Assembly (NCBI GenBank): GCA_032718475.1
Contig: JAUCBJ010003994.1
Span: forward strand, 1-53,120
DNA length: 53,120 nucleotides
Source of the DNA: Nemertoderma westbladi
Taxonomy: Eukaryota > Animalia > Xenacoelomorpha
Direction: 5' to 3'
The notes beneath the pieces were generated by a model that was not told the origin of the DNA, did no database searches, and saw nothing but the letters and a program-made list of their open reading frames with translations. The translations under genes were made by a program, and so were the position numbers. Numbering within the stretch: position 1 is the first letter of the stretch; each line of letters opens with the position of its first letter. This document shows positions 1 through 13,277 of the stretch, one piece after another.

Positions 1-725
1 AGGATCGGCATGCTGCGTTGCAGCTGCATTTTTAAGAATGCTGTGCCGGCTTGTCAACAAAATTGCACCGCCACAACTCCCTATCACCCATGACATTTGC
101 TAGATCATCCGCATCTTTAAGGCCAGTGTCCTTTAAGATGCGTCTCAAGAAAGTCATGGGCTGTCCACCATGCTTATTCACTCCATGAGGCTGCCAAAGT
201 ACAAGATTATGCACTGGCTGGTCCTCACGGCGAAAGCAATGTCCTGCAAAGCGGAGGCGATTTTGTTCTAGTGTCAAGCTTGGGGGAACCAATGAGACAC
301 CTCCAATGTTATATAGTGTCTGGTTGGAGATGTGTGCATTGTACTTGACACAATGAACCCGGCGTAGCATTCTTGTGAATGTGCCATCCAGAGATTTGGT
401 GTCCTCAGCAGTTAGAGCCCAGCATGGACTCCCATAGAGGAGTACTGGAACTACTGCTGCTCTAAATAATCGGACCTTAAGTTTCCGATTAATTCTCGGT
501 GACTTCCAAATCCTGGAAAGCCTATTCAAGGCTGCCCATGCCTTTCCTTACGTATTCGAAGGTCCTCACCTGACTTCCGGATCCATGATCCCAGGTAACA
601 GAAGTCGTCCACATGCTCAAGCATACCATCCTTTGAGCTTATGCTCATCCGATCAGAGACTTGCTGAGGACTTTCAAAGTTAACTGTCAGAATTTTGGTC
701 TTTCTGGAGTTAATAAAAAGACCTT
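1..725 (-). mobile_element. RTE-clade LINE 3' fragment (frameshifted RT C-terminal region)
   Basis: ORFs 526-822 and 32-529 carry RTE-type motifs (GLFINSRKTKIL, LEHVDDFCYLGS, VLLYGSPCW, RLRFAGHCFR, DRELWR). Same 3' sequence recurs at 10509. Upper boundary approximate. Confidence 0.85.
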
Positions 726-1661
726 TAAAGCTTTCCAGTTCGCTTCTTGAACTGGGTTCCAGCCGAAAACAATCCATTTCCAGAGATAAAATCCTGAAGA
801 TGGACAGAATTTCGGTTAACACTATTGCTATTTACATATTTACATATTATTATCTAGTTGTTGAATAAAAAGGTTGGGAACGATTCAATGTGCGATATTT
901 GAAATATTAGCATATTATCAACATTATGGAACGCAAAATTTAATTCCCACAACTACACTTTGACAGCTGAGCAACATTTCACTTCTTATTGTCAATTAGA
1001 GTTACGTACATTAAATAAAAAATAATGCATTAATTATTTTTTATCTGTAATCAGTCAGTTAGTGTAATATCAAGCTTTACATCATTTATATATCCTATCT
1101 ATAGGGCCTATTGTCATCGTTATAATACTGTCATCAACTCAGGCTAAGCGCAATTGTAATATAAAGGCTTAGTAGGTTTTGTATATCTGGGACGTTTACA
1201 ATAGCTGTTGGGTGAACAGACCGGAACAATTCCCCAATTTTCATAGAAGGCTTGTACGTACATTATATTGGTTGCTTCCAATATTTTTTTATTAGGCTAA
1301 CTGAGAATGTATTAGGTAGAAATAATAATTAGTAGTTTTATTTATCTAATACAGTAAGACCCCTTCCCACAATAAAAGTGATCTTTGGGGCCGTTTCCCA
1401 GGTTGCAGATAGTGATAACATTTCACACATCACACTAATCGTGATTGTAATTGTAATTGTGATTTGTTTGCCTCGGTGACTCCGACTGTATTACATTAGA
1501 TGGGAGGAAGTTAGTTTGTTTGGTTGATGCAAGTTATTCTTGGTTTGCATCTTCCAATCACATGTATTTCTTGGAGTCTGTTTAAGACATGTTCGTTTAA
1601 AGCCATTTTGATGGCGTTCTAGTAATTATTATAATATATATTATATTATATTATATTACAG

Positions 1662-1838
1662 ATGCTGGTGAATGGACGGATTGGACTAATGGTACGAACC
1701 TGTGTCCCAGTCACGATCAACCTGAAGAAACTCCGAAACATAGAAAATATAAGTTATGTGTGAAAACGAGATGGAGTGGTGGTTGTGATGGTATAGAAAT
1801 ACTCACAGCTTGCCCAGTTGATAAAATGGTATTTTATG
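1662..1838 (+). CDS. Host gene exon, thrombospondin type-1-like domain
   Basis: ttacAG acceptor, GTatgc donor, 177 nt, phase 1-1. Reads (D)AGEWTDWTNGTNLCPSHDQPEETPKHRKYKLCVKTRWSGGCDGIEILTACPVDKMVFY with WxxW and a TSP1-like Cys pattern. Confidence 0.7.
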
Positions 1839-2043
1839 GTATGCAGTATAACTACTTTAGTAAAGTATTCATATATGTATATTTCATACACCATATACTA
1901 CCAGATTTATTTTGCAGTTAATCTTGGTATGTTTTTTGATTTTTCAACTTTACAAGACATTTTTTCACACTTTGATGATTCCTATAACTCAAATGTTTTC
2001 AGTTGATATCTGTTGTGTATGTAAACTAGATATCACTCCAGGG

Positions 2044-4983
2044 GAATATACAGGCCTACTGGAGGTCAAACTAGGTTGGAGAGCGCTGAATATGCAGGCC
2101 TACTGGAGGACAAACTAGGTTGGAGAGCGCTGAATATACAGGCCTACTTGAGGTCACACTAAGATGGAGAGCGCTGAATATACAGGCCTACTTGAGTTCA
2201 AACTGAGATGGACAGCGCTGAATATGCAGGCTTACTGGAGGTCCAACTAGGATGGAGAGAGCTGAATATGCAGGCCTACTGGAGTTCAAACTAGATTGGA
2301 GAGCGCTGGATATGCAGGCCTACGGGAGGTCAAACTAGATTGGAGTGCACTGAATATGCAGGCCTACTGGAGGTCAAACTAGGATGGAGAGCGCTGAATA
2401 TACAGGCCTACTGGAGTTCAAACTAGGATGGAGAGCGCTGAATATACAGGCCTACTGCAGGTCAAACTAGGATGGAGAGCGCTGAATATGCAGGCCTACT
2501 GGAGGTCAAACTAGATTGGAGAGTACTGAATATGCAGGCCTACTGGAGGTCAAACTAGATTGGAGAGTACTGAATATACAGGCCTACTGGAGGTCAAACT
2601 AAATGGAGAGCGCTGAATATACAGGCCTACTGGAGGTCAAACTAGGATGGAGAGCGCTGAATATGCAGGCCTACTGGAGGTCAAACTAGATTGGAGAGTA
2701 CTGAATATGCAGGCCTACTGGAGGTCAAACTAGGATGGAGAGCGCTGAATATACAGGCCTACTGCAGGTCAAACTAGGATGGAGAGCGCTGAATATGCAG
2801 GCCTACTGGAGGTCAAACTAGATTGGAGAGTACTGAATATGCAGGCCTACTGGAGGTCAAACTAGATTGGAGAGTACTGAATATACAGGCCTACTGGAGG
2901 TCAAACTAAATGGAGAGCGCTGAATATACAGGCCTACTGGAGGTCAAACTAGGATGGAGAGCGCTGAATATGCAGGCCTACTGGAGTTCAAACTAGATTG
3001 GAGAGCGCTGAATATGCAGGCCTACTGGAGGTCAACCTAAATGGAGAGCGCTGGATATGCAGGCCTACTGGAGGTCAAACTAGGATGGAGAGCGCTGAAT
3101 ATACAGGCCTACTGGAGGTCAAACTAGGATGGAGAGCGCTGAATATGCAGGCCTACTGGAGGTCAAACTAGGATGGAGAGCGCTGAATATGCAGGCCTAC
3201 TGGAGGTCAAACTAGGATGGAGAGCGCTGAATATACAGGCCTACTGGAGGTCAAACTAGATTGGAGAGCGCTGAATATGCAGGCCTACCGGAGTTCAAAC
3301 TACATTGGAGAGCGCTTAATATACAGGCCTACTGGAGGTCAAACTAGGATGGAGAGCGCTGAATATACAGGCCTACTTGAGGTCAAACTAGGATGGAGAG
3401 CGCTGAATATACAGGCCTACTTGAGTTCAAACTGAGATGGACAGCGCTGAATATGCAGGCTTACTGGAGGTCAAACTAGGATGGAGAGAGCTGAATATGC
3501 AGGCCTACTGGAGTTCAAACTAGATTGGAGAGCGCTGGATATGCAGGCCTACGGGAGGTCAAACTAGATTGGAGAGCACTGAATATGCAGGCCTACTGGA
3601 GGTCAAACTAGGATGGAGAGCGCTGAATATACTGGCCTACTGGAGGTCAAACTAGGATGGAGAGCGCTGAATATGCAAGCCTACTGGAGATCAAACTAGG
3701 ATGGAGAGTGCTGAATATACAGGCCTACTGGAGGTCAAACTAGGATGGAGAGCGCTGAATATGCAGGCCTACTGGAGGTCAAACTAGATTGGAGAGTACT
3801 GAATATACAAGCCTACTGGAGGTCAAACTAAATGGAGAGCGCTGGATATGCAGGCCTACTGGAGGTCAAACTAAATGGAGAGCGCTGGATATGCAGGCCT
3901 ACTGGAGGTCAAACTAGGATGGAGAGCGCTGAATATACAGGCCTACTGGAGGTCAAACTAGGATGGAGAGCGCTGAATATGCAGGCCTACTGGAGGTCAA
4001 ACTAGGATGGAGAGCGCTGAATATGCAGGCCTACTGGAGGTCAAACTAGGATGGAGAGCGCTGAATATACAGGCCTACTGGAGGTCAAACTAGATTGGAG
4101 AGCGCTGAATATGCAGGCCTACCGGAGTTCAAACTACATTGGAGAGCGCTGAATATACAGGCCTACTGGAGGTCAAACTAGGATGGAGAGCGCTGAATAT
4201 ACAGGCCTACTGGAGGTCAAACTAGGATGGAGAGCGCTGAATATACAGGCCTACTGGAGGTCAAACTAGGATGGAGAGCGCTGAATATACAGGCCTACTG
4301 GAGGTCAAACTAGGATGGAGAGCGCTGAATATGCAGGCCTACTGTAGGACAAACTAGGATGGAGAGCGCTGAATATGCAGGCCTACTGGAGGTCAAACTA
4401 GGATGGAGAGCGCTGAATATGCAGGCGTACTGGAGGTCAAACTAGGATGGAGAGCGCTGAATATGCAGGCCTACTGGAGGTCAAACTAGGATGGAGAGCG
4501 CTGAATATGCAGGCCTACTGGAGTTCAAACTAGATTGGAGAGCACTGAATATGCAGGCCTACTAGAGGTCAACCTAAATGGAGAGCGCTGGATATGCAGG
4601 CCTACTGGAGGTCAAACTAGGATGGAGAGCGCTGAATATACAGGTCTACTGGAGGTCAAACTAGGATGGAGAGCGCTGAATATGCAGGCCTACTGGAGGT
4701 CAAACTAGGATGGAGAGCGCTGAATATACAGGCCTACTGGGGGTCAAACTAGATTGGAGAGCGCTGAATATACAGGCCTACTGAAGGTCAAACTATATTG
4801 GAGAGCGCTGAATATACAGGCCTACTGGAGGTCAAACTAGGATGGAGAGCGCTGAATATACAGGCCTACTAGAGGTCAAACTAGGATGGAGAGCGCTGAA
4901 TATGCAGGCCTACTGGAGGTCAAACTAGGATGGAGAGCGCTGAATATGCAGGCCTACTGGAGGTCAAACTAGGATGGAGAGCG
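2044..4983. repeat. 44-bp tandem satellite, about 67 copies
   Basis: Unit GAATAT(A/G)CAGGCCTACTGGAGGTCAAACTAG(GA/AT)TGGAGAGCGCT repeated head to tail. Confidence 0.98.
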
Positions 4984-6348
4984 CCTCCTTTTAAGTTCCC
5001 TCCACTTCCCCTACTCTACACTGACAGGAAGGCTAATATTTTTCCATGTGAAAGGAGGGATGATGCTAATTAGGGCAAACATTACCTACCTAATGTGGGG
5101 GGGGGGTTCTCATTTACTACTATAGTATCTGCTATATATTATTATATCAAGTTATCGAGTTGCTACTGTATGTCGTTCACATTAGTTTCTACGTAGATTT
5201 TTCTAGTTAGTATGTTCGTGTTCGTTCAAGTTAGGAATACAATATTTCATGACCCTTTCGTATATGGCATGCATTTTGTATTCATATTCAAATGTTTTTC
5301 TTTTTTCTCCTCTAAAAAATGTTTTTTCTCTGTTTTTATCTCAATGTTTTATTTTTCAATGCATTTCAGACATTTCTAAAATGTTTCCATTGTTAAAATT
5401 ATACATCTACTTGTGTTAAATAATCAGATTTCAGAGTGATAATGATTGGCAACAATAATTAATACTGTAATTCGGGTAAATTAATCGAAGACAGTGTAAA
5501 CACAGAAATTACTCTTTATAAGCCACTACTTTAAAATTACAATGTATGTAAACAGAACTTCAGTAAGTGTTTAATGAAACTATTAATATATAACAGGTGA
5601 TCAATATTATCTTAACCTGTAAATTAAATTAAATTAAATTAGACACACTGGTTTGGCCTTCAGTATCTAGGTCTACATTGTTGTACTGGATGGAAGTTTT
5701 CTGCAAAGTTTGTTAATGATTGAATTGAAGATATCAAGCAGGTTTAGTGAGATTCATATACAGTATATCTGATATATTGTAATAAATTTTAATATTAATA
5801 CTTTGCAAAATTTATTGCATTTAAATTGAATTGATCAGTAATGGTAAGCGATCTTTCAATCTATAAGTTTTACCGTTCTTCACTTCTGTTGTTGGTTTTT
5901 CGTTTCAGTTCCGCATTACTACTGACTTTATATGGTCTGCCTACTACTTATCCGCGCATTCCGTTATAAGAGCTACGGAATGCGGTTACAACAGTTGTTT
6001 TTCATCACAGTAAAACGCCAACCGTTACAAATGACATACCAACCGCTAACACTCGTGTATCCACAGCCTAATTTTCTACTCCTGGGAAAGCTGCCGAGCA
6101 CAAACCAAACTTCACTAACATAGTCTTGGGCAGGGTAGGAATTTCATACAAACATCCCGGTAATCTTTATCATATTGCTTGAAACAACTAGTTCAACTCA
6201 CCATTTTTAATTGCAATCAATGACATTCACAACTAGTTGTAGTACAACTCATCGTCATCGAAAGATTGCAAGAATTATCATTCACTATAGACCAATTATT
6301 GTTTACGTGTTCTTTATTTTATGATTAGTTGGGCAACAGCAGTATGGT

Positions 6349-6900
6349 ATGGAGCCCCTAAAGGGACATTTTGAAATCTAGAGCGCTCTGGATATTATTA
6401 AGAGCACACTAGATAATTATTAAGAGCACACTAGATAATTATTAAGAGCGCTCTTAATAATTATCTAGAGCGCATTAGATAATTCGTGATTTGATTGGTT
6501 GGACTGATTTAGTGGGAAGTTCAAAATGCCTGATCTCATCTATTCTTTACACCGGCAGACCGGTAACAGATTTATAATTAATTAGCGTACAGATACCACC
6601 CTAAGCCTTTACTTGACTTATGCATTAGAACTTCCCACCATATCACTCCAATCAATCAAATCACAAATTTTCTAGAGCGCTCTAGATAATTATTAAGAGC
6701 GCACTTGATAATTATTAAGAGCGCTCTTAATAATTATCAAGTGCGCTCTTAATAATTATCTAGAGAGCTCTAGATAATTATAAAGAGTGCTCTAGATAAT
6801 TATAAAGAGCGCTCTAGATAATTATTAAGAGCGCACTAGATAATAATTCTGATTTGATTGGTGGGACTGATTTGGTGGGAAGTTTAAATTGCTTAATCTG
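6349..6900. mobile_element. Non-autonomous element with 22-bp near-palindromic tandem repeats and internal inverted blocks
   Basis: CTAGATAATTATTAAGAGCGC(A/T) repeats. The block gatttgattgg...gggaagtt occurs at ~6489 and ~6851, and inverted at ~6625-6665. Superfamily not determined. Confidence 0.55.
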
Positions 6901-7771
6901 GAACTGCTGATTACGAAGTGCTTAACCCTTTATCTACCACAATTTCAAAATGGATGCCAAACAATGCCTATCATAATTATCATTTACTCTTTGCCCAAAT
7001 AGCCCAAAAAAATCAAAATTTTGATTTGGTGCCCCATGGCTTTCGAGATATAACTGGCTTTATAAGTCCATCTGGTAGACAATGACAAAATGTAGGAATG
7101 GTATATATATAAATGCTATACCAGTATTTGGCTATTGAATAAATAAGAAATTTGTCTTAAATCCAATCTTGTTTAAATCTACACAATTACAGAGGAGCCA
7201 CTATGAATCTTTATCACCCAAAGGGCACAGAACAGCTGTGGTGAGTGAGTATACTTGGTTCATCCAAGTTAACCTTAGATTAGAATGAGTGTGACCGACC
7301 ATACCAACAATACCACGATGTGATACTGTGCCTGGATTGGAAGGGCAAAGGCAACTTCGATCACCTTTTTCTGATGGCTGTCTCCTCCAACAGTTGGGTG
7401 TTACAGTGATTGCATCCTCTTTTCAGAGGGGATAATAGCATCAAGGATATATAACAATTTCAATGCATTGGATTCCAGTTGGTGGTATAGAGATCCTGGC
7501 GATCCTTCTGAGCGTATCACATTATGTCATTGATGGAAAAGGTGAGGCAGCCAGATGATATGTTGCAGGGACAACATTACATTGCACAGTAGAGAAAAAC
7601 TTCCTGTAACTGCAACCATCTGATGATCTGGTGGTTTTGAGTGGGAGCAGTGTTCCTCAACTAGGCCTATAGCATAACAAAGTCATCCACATAGTGATAG
7701 GTAGGTACAGTATGTTGTATGGGCCAGTGTTCAATAATTATATTGGCATAATCATCACCATACTTATATGG

Positions 7772-8245
7772 TACTACTACTACTATTGGCTTGCTGCAAT
7801 GCAGCTGCATTATATAGCTACCTGCTTTACATTACAGGGCAGTCAGCCCGCCTTGTCGCATTGGGGATATCGAGTGTTATGGTATTAACTGAGTCTATTC
7901 TAGTCACTCGGCTCAGGTTCACCAATGGCTTGGTTGGTCGGGATGGAGCATTATAGAGTAGTCACCAACTACAGAATCTTTCCTCCCTCGTAATCTGGCC
8001 TCCCTGATGACCCAGGGTTTGGGCCAGAAAGGTTATCAGGACAGGGACTAACAGAATTGCTGGCTATAGTACGGGTTTGGGGTGCTTTTTTGCTAGTCAG
8101 CTCTTGGGGCAAATACCACACCCTGGTTTGCCATTCCACAGGGTGGATGTCGCAGTTGAGTCAGATATGGAGCCCATCACCCATACCTACTCAGAAGCAC
8201 ATCACCCACCTGCAGCTATTCTGCTGGGCCATGCTCTTATACATG
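7772..8245 (-). mobile_element. Short non-coding retroposon sharing the RTE 3' tail
   Basis: Minus strand ends ...atgcagctgcattgcagcaagccaa(tag)n, similar to the RTE 3' end at 1-32 and 10498-10535, but the body has no RT similarity. 5' boundary approximate. Confidence 0.5.
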
Positions 8246-8264
8246 AAATAGTTTAAAATGTCTT

Positions 8265-8400
8265 TTAACCCTATTTGACTCGGGGGTGGGGGTCATTTGA
8301 GAATATTTTTTGTAATTCATATGGTGGGAAAAACCAAGATTTCGTGACCTTTCCTAAAATTTAAATTAACATAGCTATGTTCATTTTCGTGCTGTGGTCC
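8265..8400 (+). mobile_element. TTAA-CCCT terminus of a piggyBac-like non-autonomous element (end not defined)
   Basis: TTAACCCTATT followed by a G-run and tgac(c/t)tttcctaaaa; a related terminus is at 14925. No matching right end found. Confidence 0.4.
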
Positions 8401-10497
8401 CTTTCTTGCACCCATCTCCAGTATTTTGAGCTAAAATTTTCAAAAGTGTTAATGGCTCGCCTAAATTATTTTATGTATGGTACATAGCGGTTTTTTTAGA
8501 TGTTGATCACGATTATTGAACTCAAATATAACATTCGAGAAAATTTTTGGTAATTTTAAATGTGCCTCCTAGGGCAAGAAAAAACAAGCAGTCCAAATAT
8601 GATAATGGAAATCACCACCAAATCAAACTAATTTTATGCCATTAGGGGTTTTCCGGGATGCTGATCATGAATGGGACACTCATATCATATCATATCCGAT
8701 TCATTGGGGCATGTGCCAAAGTGAAGTGGCCCGAAAAATGCAATTAGCATATTTTGATGATGATAAATCAATAACAAATTAACCTGATTTGCTGGCATTA
8801 TTGGGTTTCTGCTTAGCTGAATTCGTATATGACACTAATCAAGTTTTTTACTGATTGATTGTGGTACTTTAAAATATGTGCCAAATTTGTATGAAAATTA
8901 CAAGTAGGGCAAATTGATAAAAATTAGATGTTTACACTTCCATAAAATATTTTTACAAGTTCTATCGTGATCAGCGACCTCAAAAACCTCTATAGCTTCA
9001 GAATTATCCTTCCAAACATAACATTTGTTAGTTTGAAATTTTTTAACTTGTACTTTTCATCTGTAAAAGTAAAGTAAAAAGTAAATTTGCTGTGATATCA
9101 TAAAAGACACTTTTTTATAGGCAAAATCGAAAAAAATTCCGCCTTCATGGGGATATCGACGGTGAGTTGAACTACTGTAGTTGTGTTTCAAAGTATTCAA
9201 GGTATTATTCAATGCTGACAACGAACTATTCTATTTCAGAGGTAGTGGGGTAGTTGATAGCGACGAACTGGTAGTAAACCCGTCCCGTAGCTTACTCCAA
9301 ATTTCACCTTTGATAATTTAGTATTTGGCTCATTATCTCCAGCTATTCCATCCAATAACTCACTTTTTTTTGTTACGGTTTTAATATAATTTGCTTGTTC
9401 CCAGTGAAGATTTTGTCCAGGGTCTTTTTAAGTTGTTTCTCAATATTATTGATCTTTTCTCTTATTGTTTCTCTGAAATAGCAACACTGTTGGCAGCGTC
9501 AGCAGCAATGATATTCCTTATTAATTGTAGCTTACTGTCCCGAGCTGTTGGAGTTTAGATTTACTCAGAAGATTCGTACCGTGTTGCTCTATAACCCCAA
9601 CAAAAGTCAACATTTTATTTTACTGGAAGACATTTTACTGGAAGATACTTGAACAGTATTTAGGGCTATCAGATACCTAAGTCTGGAAAACTTTAAATAA
9701 GCAAAGCTTTATTTAAATTGAAAGTTTTTGGGCAATGTTTACTCTAAATTGAGATAAGTCACCGGATACTACTTTTATTACATTCTTACTACTTTTTACT
9801 AGATTCTTTCTACTTTTTACTACATTCTTACTACTTTTCACTAGATTCTTACTACTTTTTACTATATTATTTTCAATACAAAAAATAACTATATAGTAAA
9901 TGGTTAACCATTAACCATTTACAATAATATTGTAGTATTTTTGCATCCCAGCCACTGTATTTGTAATTCAAATATCATCTGTGTTTTTATCAGTTTTTAT
10001 TGAAAATCTACCAGACGTTCATGGATTTCCTGGTGACCGACCACCTTATTGGAATTCCCAAACTATGTGAGTACGTCTATATACAAGGCTGCGGTAAAAA
10101 TCGTGAACTTTTGTTAATCTCTTAGCTTTTCACCAGAACCTGTTCACCCGTTTCACCATCTGAAGAAATATCCAAAATATTAGGGTAGTGTATATAGTGG
10201 AACATGTGTCTCCAAGGGGTCGAAATAAAAAAAAAGCGATCATTTTTAAAAAATAGAATTTTTCAAACATTGGTGAAGTACTTGAACTTCGGCCAATCCC
10301 TTAGATTTTCACAAGAAATGTCAGATTTGGCTATTTTATGAACTATCCATAATATTAGCTCAATCAATATAGTGGAACATGTGTCTCTGTTGAGTCGAAA
10401 TTTCGAAAAAAAATTGACTTTTTGAAGAAAAATCATTCTTTTTAATCATTTGCTTATTTCTTGATGTATCATTGCTATATCATTGCCTGCAATAACT

Positions 10498-10877
10498 CTA
10501 CTACTACTAGGATCGGCATGCTGCATTGCAGCTGTACTTTTAACAATGTTGTGCCGGCTTGTCAACAAAATTGCACCACTACAACTCGCTATCACCCATG
10601 ACATTTGCTAGATCATCTGCATCTGTCATCTGTCATCATCGGCCAGTGTCCTTTACGATGCGTCTCAAGAAAGTCATGGGCTGTCCACCATGCCTATTCA
10701 CTCCATAGGGCTGCCAAAGCACAATATTATGTACTGGCTGGTCCTAACGGTGAAAGCAATGTCTTGCAAACCGGAGGCGGTTCCGTTCAAGTGTCAAGCC
10801 AGGAGAGATTAATGTAACACCTCCAATGTTGTATAGAGTCTGATTGGTGATGTGTTCGTGTACTTGACACATGCACT
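10498..10877 (-). mobile_element. Second RTE LINE 3' fragment with (TAG)n tail
   Basis: Diverged copy of positions 1-~360, ending in ctactactactag on the + strand; lies within the hATm element. Confidence 0.88.
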
Positions 10878-13277
10878 GTGGGAATGGAAAAATACCTGCA
10901 AGTAATATGTTGAATCTCTCGAGCTTTCATAATTCCACTGTACCCAAGTTCTCTAACAAATTGCCGGGAATCATGGATCACAGCTATAAGTACTGTCTCG
11001 AGATAAGCAGAGTAAGCAAGCATTCGATTGGAGTACTGTATCAACAACTCTCTTGTGAATTGGGTCCAAGTATCGAGTCTATTTCACCAGGTAGAAGAAG
11101 TTTGATGTACCATCCTGGAGCAGGGATGAATGTTTTATAAGGAAAGAGATTGGTGCATAGACTTGGAATATATCTTACAAGTATGCAGAGTCCCAAATAT
11201 GTATCGATTGTGCTGATGTACAAACGACAAAGTCTGTTTGCAGTAGTGAGCCATCTTGCATGGGAAATCTGAACTGGCTCAGTTGCAGCCAAGGATTCTA
11301 AACAGGAACCTTCAATAAAGCTTAGAGATATCTTGTACATGAACTTTTGATCTGTACTAAGGTTTGATATAATTTCATCATCAAGATGATGAAAATTTGG
11401 AGACTCAATCTTTGCAAAGTCGACAACTGGTAACCTGCAAATTGATGGTTTTTTTAAAGTGTCCATCTCGACACTAAGGCCGCAGAAACAATTATACATG
11501 CTCTCATGACTAGCCGCATAAACTACTGTAACACCCTTCTCTATGGAGTCCCAAGCTACCAATTACAGAAACTCCAACAAGTACAAAACACAGCTGCTAG
11601 GTTGCTTACAGGTGTACACAAATACGACCTTATATCACCGACGTTGAAGTCCCTCCACTGGCTGCCTGTGCGCAAACGTGTAGAATTTAAAATACTGCTG
11701 ATAACGCACAAGGCCTTGGTCGGCCACGCTCCCAAATATATAATCGAAATGCTCCATAAAGTTAGTTGCGATCGCCTCCAAACTAGAAGTTGTAGCACAG
11801 TAAGTCTCGTCGAACCACGGTTCCAGTCCTACACTCTCGGGTGGCGGGCGTTAGAGGTATGCGACGCCCCGGCTGTGGAACAAACTACCGGCTTCGCTAT
11901 GTGATATCCAGTCTACGGCATCATTCAAAGGAAAACTAAAGACTCACCTGTTTACCCACCCACCTACAAAATAGACTCATTTTTAGCCGAACGTTTTTTT
12001 TTTAAAACTTTGTTTTTACTTTTCTTAATTATGTACTCTACGCGGTTTTCTTTTTATTTAAATTGACTAACCTAACTCTGATTAGCGCCATAGAATACTA
12101 CCGGTAATGTTGGCGCTATACAAATGATTAAATATTATTATTATTATTATTAAAGTCACCTGCTTGCCGATTGGACCTGTAAATGCTTTTGGACCAGATG
12201 TTGGTCCATCAATGGAGGTAAACAGGTGACGTGAGGCAGTTCATTAAGATGGAGCATGCAAATTGCCCAGTGCATTGGTTTGTTGGCAGATAAAATATTA
12301 GCAGAGCATCCAGAATTGGGTGTGATTATGTGCCAAGTACTCACCTCCAGGTTCACTGACTAGAACATAGTGTTCCTCTTTCTTTGTCTTGATATGGCCT
12401 TCTGCATAATCCTCACATACTTCGGTTTGATCTTTTTGTCCGTCAAAGTACAGTGATTGTAGGTTTGTTGTAGCTGAATTCTGGTTGAGGAGGTCCAGCT
12501 GTAAAGATTACCTCGCTCGTCTCATCTTGCTCGCATCAATGACACTGGACACATTGAAATGTAAACAGGCCTGGAGTGTGGCTGTGGCAATGGCAGCTGC
12601 CGCATGATTAGAGCTTCCGTAGAGGTCTGCCTCATGAGAAACTTTCTGCAGCTGACACCTGTTCTGTGATTGTTGCTTCAAAGAAGATGTGAATTATCTT
12701 GAAACTTGATCAGGGTCACCCCCATGATCTTCCATGTCAATCACATGATCAGTCTCTGAAAAAGGCATAAACTATGACTGACACCGCTCTAACTCACAAA
12801 TCCGACATTTCCATCCGCATCCAATTGTCTGTTCTCTATCTTCTTGTGCTTGACTAAGTCGATGCGATCTACTCCACCAATTGCCAATTGTCTCTTTCTA
12901 TGCTGATCAACTATAAACTGAGTTTCAGATTTAACTTGATTACTTCCCGAGATAACATCAAACAATCGATCACTTGTCTTCCTTCCACATGCTTATCAGC
13001 AACAATCTTGGATGGAAGTCCAAGATTGTTTGGCAATGGAAGTGAACATAAAAGTCTCCACAGTTGCCTTTGCGTACACTTCCATTATACCATGATCCAC
13101 TATTTCGGCTGTCTTTCATAGTTCAGGTTCCTGACATGTTCCACTGACTCGCTGCTGTTCAAGTTTCGTGAAAGTGAAAAACCTACAAACATCTCCAGTC
13201 GTTGGTAGCTGGTGGTGTGGCAATGGAACTGGATGGTCAAAGATAGCATCTGTTGCAGAACGAGTTGTTGCCATCAT
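10878..13277 (-). pseudogene. hAT (hATm-like) transposase pseudogene interrupted by an L2/CR1 insertion
   Basis: N-terminus MMATTRSATDAIFDHPVPLPHHQLPT; LYFDGQKDQT (first catalytic D, ~12425-12455); WAICMLHLNELP (CxxH); GPIGKQVTLKKPSICRLPVVDF rejoins across the LINE; SHARWLTTANRLCRLY. Stops and frameshifts present. Confidence 0.75.
11461..12150 (+). mobile_element. L2/CR1-group LINE, 5'-truncated
   Basis: IHALMTSRINYCNTLLYG, LQQVQNTAARLL, LHWLPVRKRVEFKILL; (ATT)n tail; TAAAGT duplicated at 11455-11460 and 12151-12156. Confidence 0.9.

Noticed and set aside
2044-4983. CRISPR-like array or repeat protein (ORF 3217-3435)
   Set aside because: Head-to-tail units with no unique spacers, no cas genes, eukaryotic context; 44 is not a multiple of 3 and stops recur.
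5956-5984. Terminator-like hairpin GCATTCCGT/ACGGAATGC
   Set aside because: An isolated 9-bp stem in a eukaryotic intron with no supporting context.
7190-7700. Possible decayed coding fragment
   Set aside because: Composition looks coding-like, but the frame I translated is broken by stops and I could not recognise a family.
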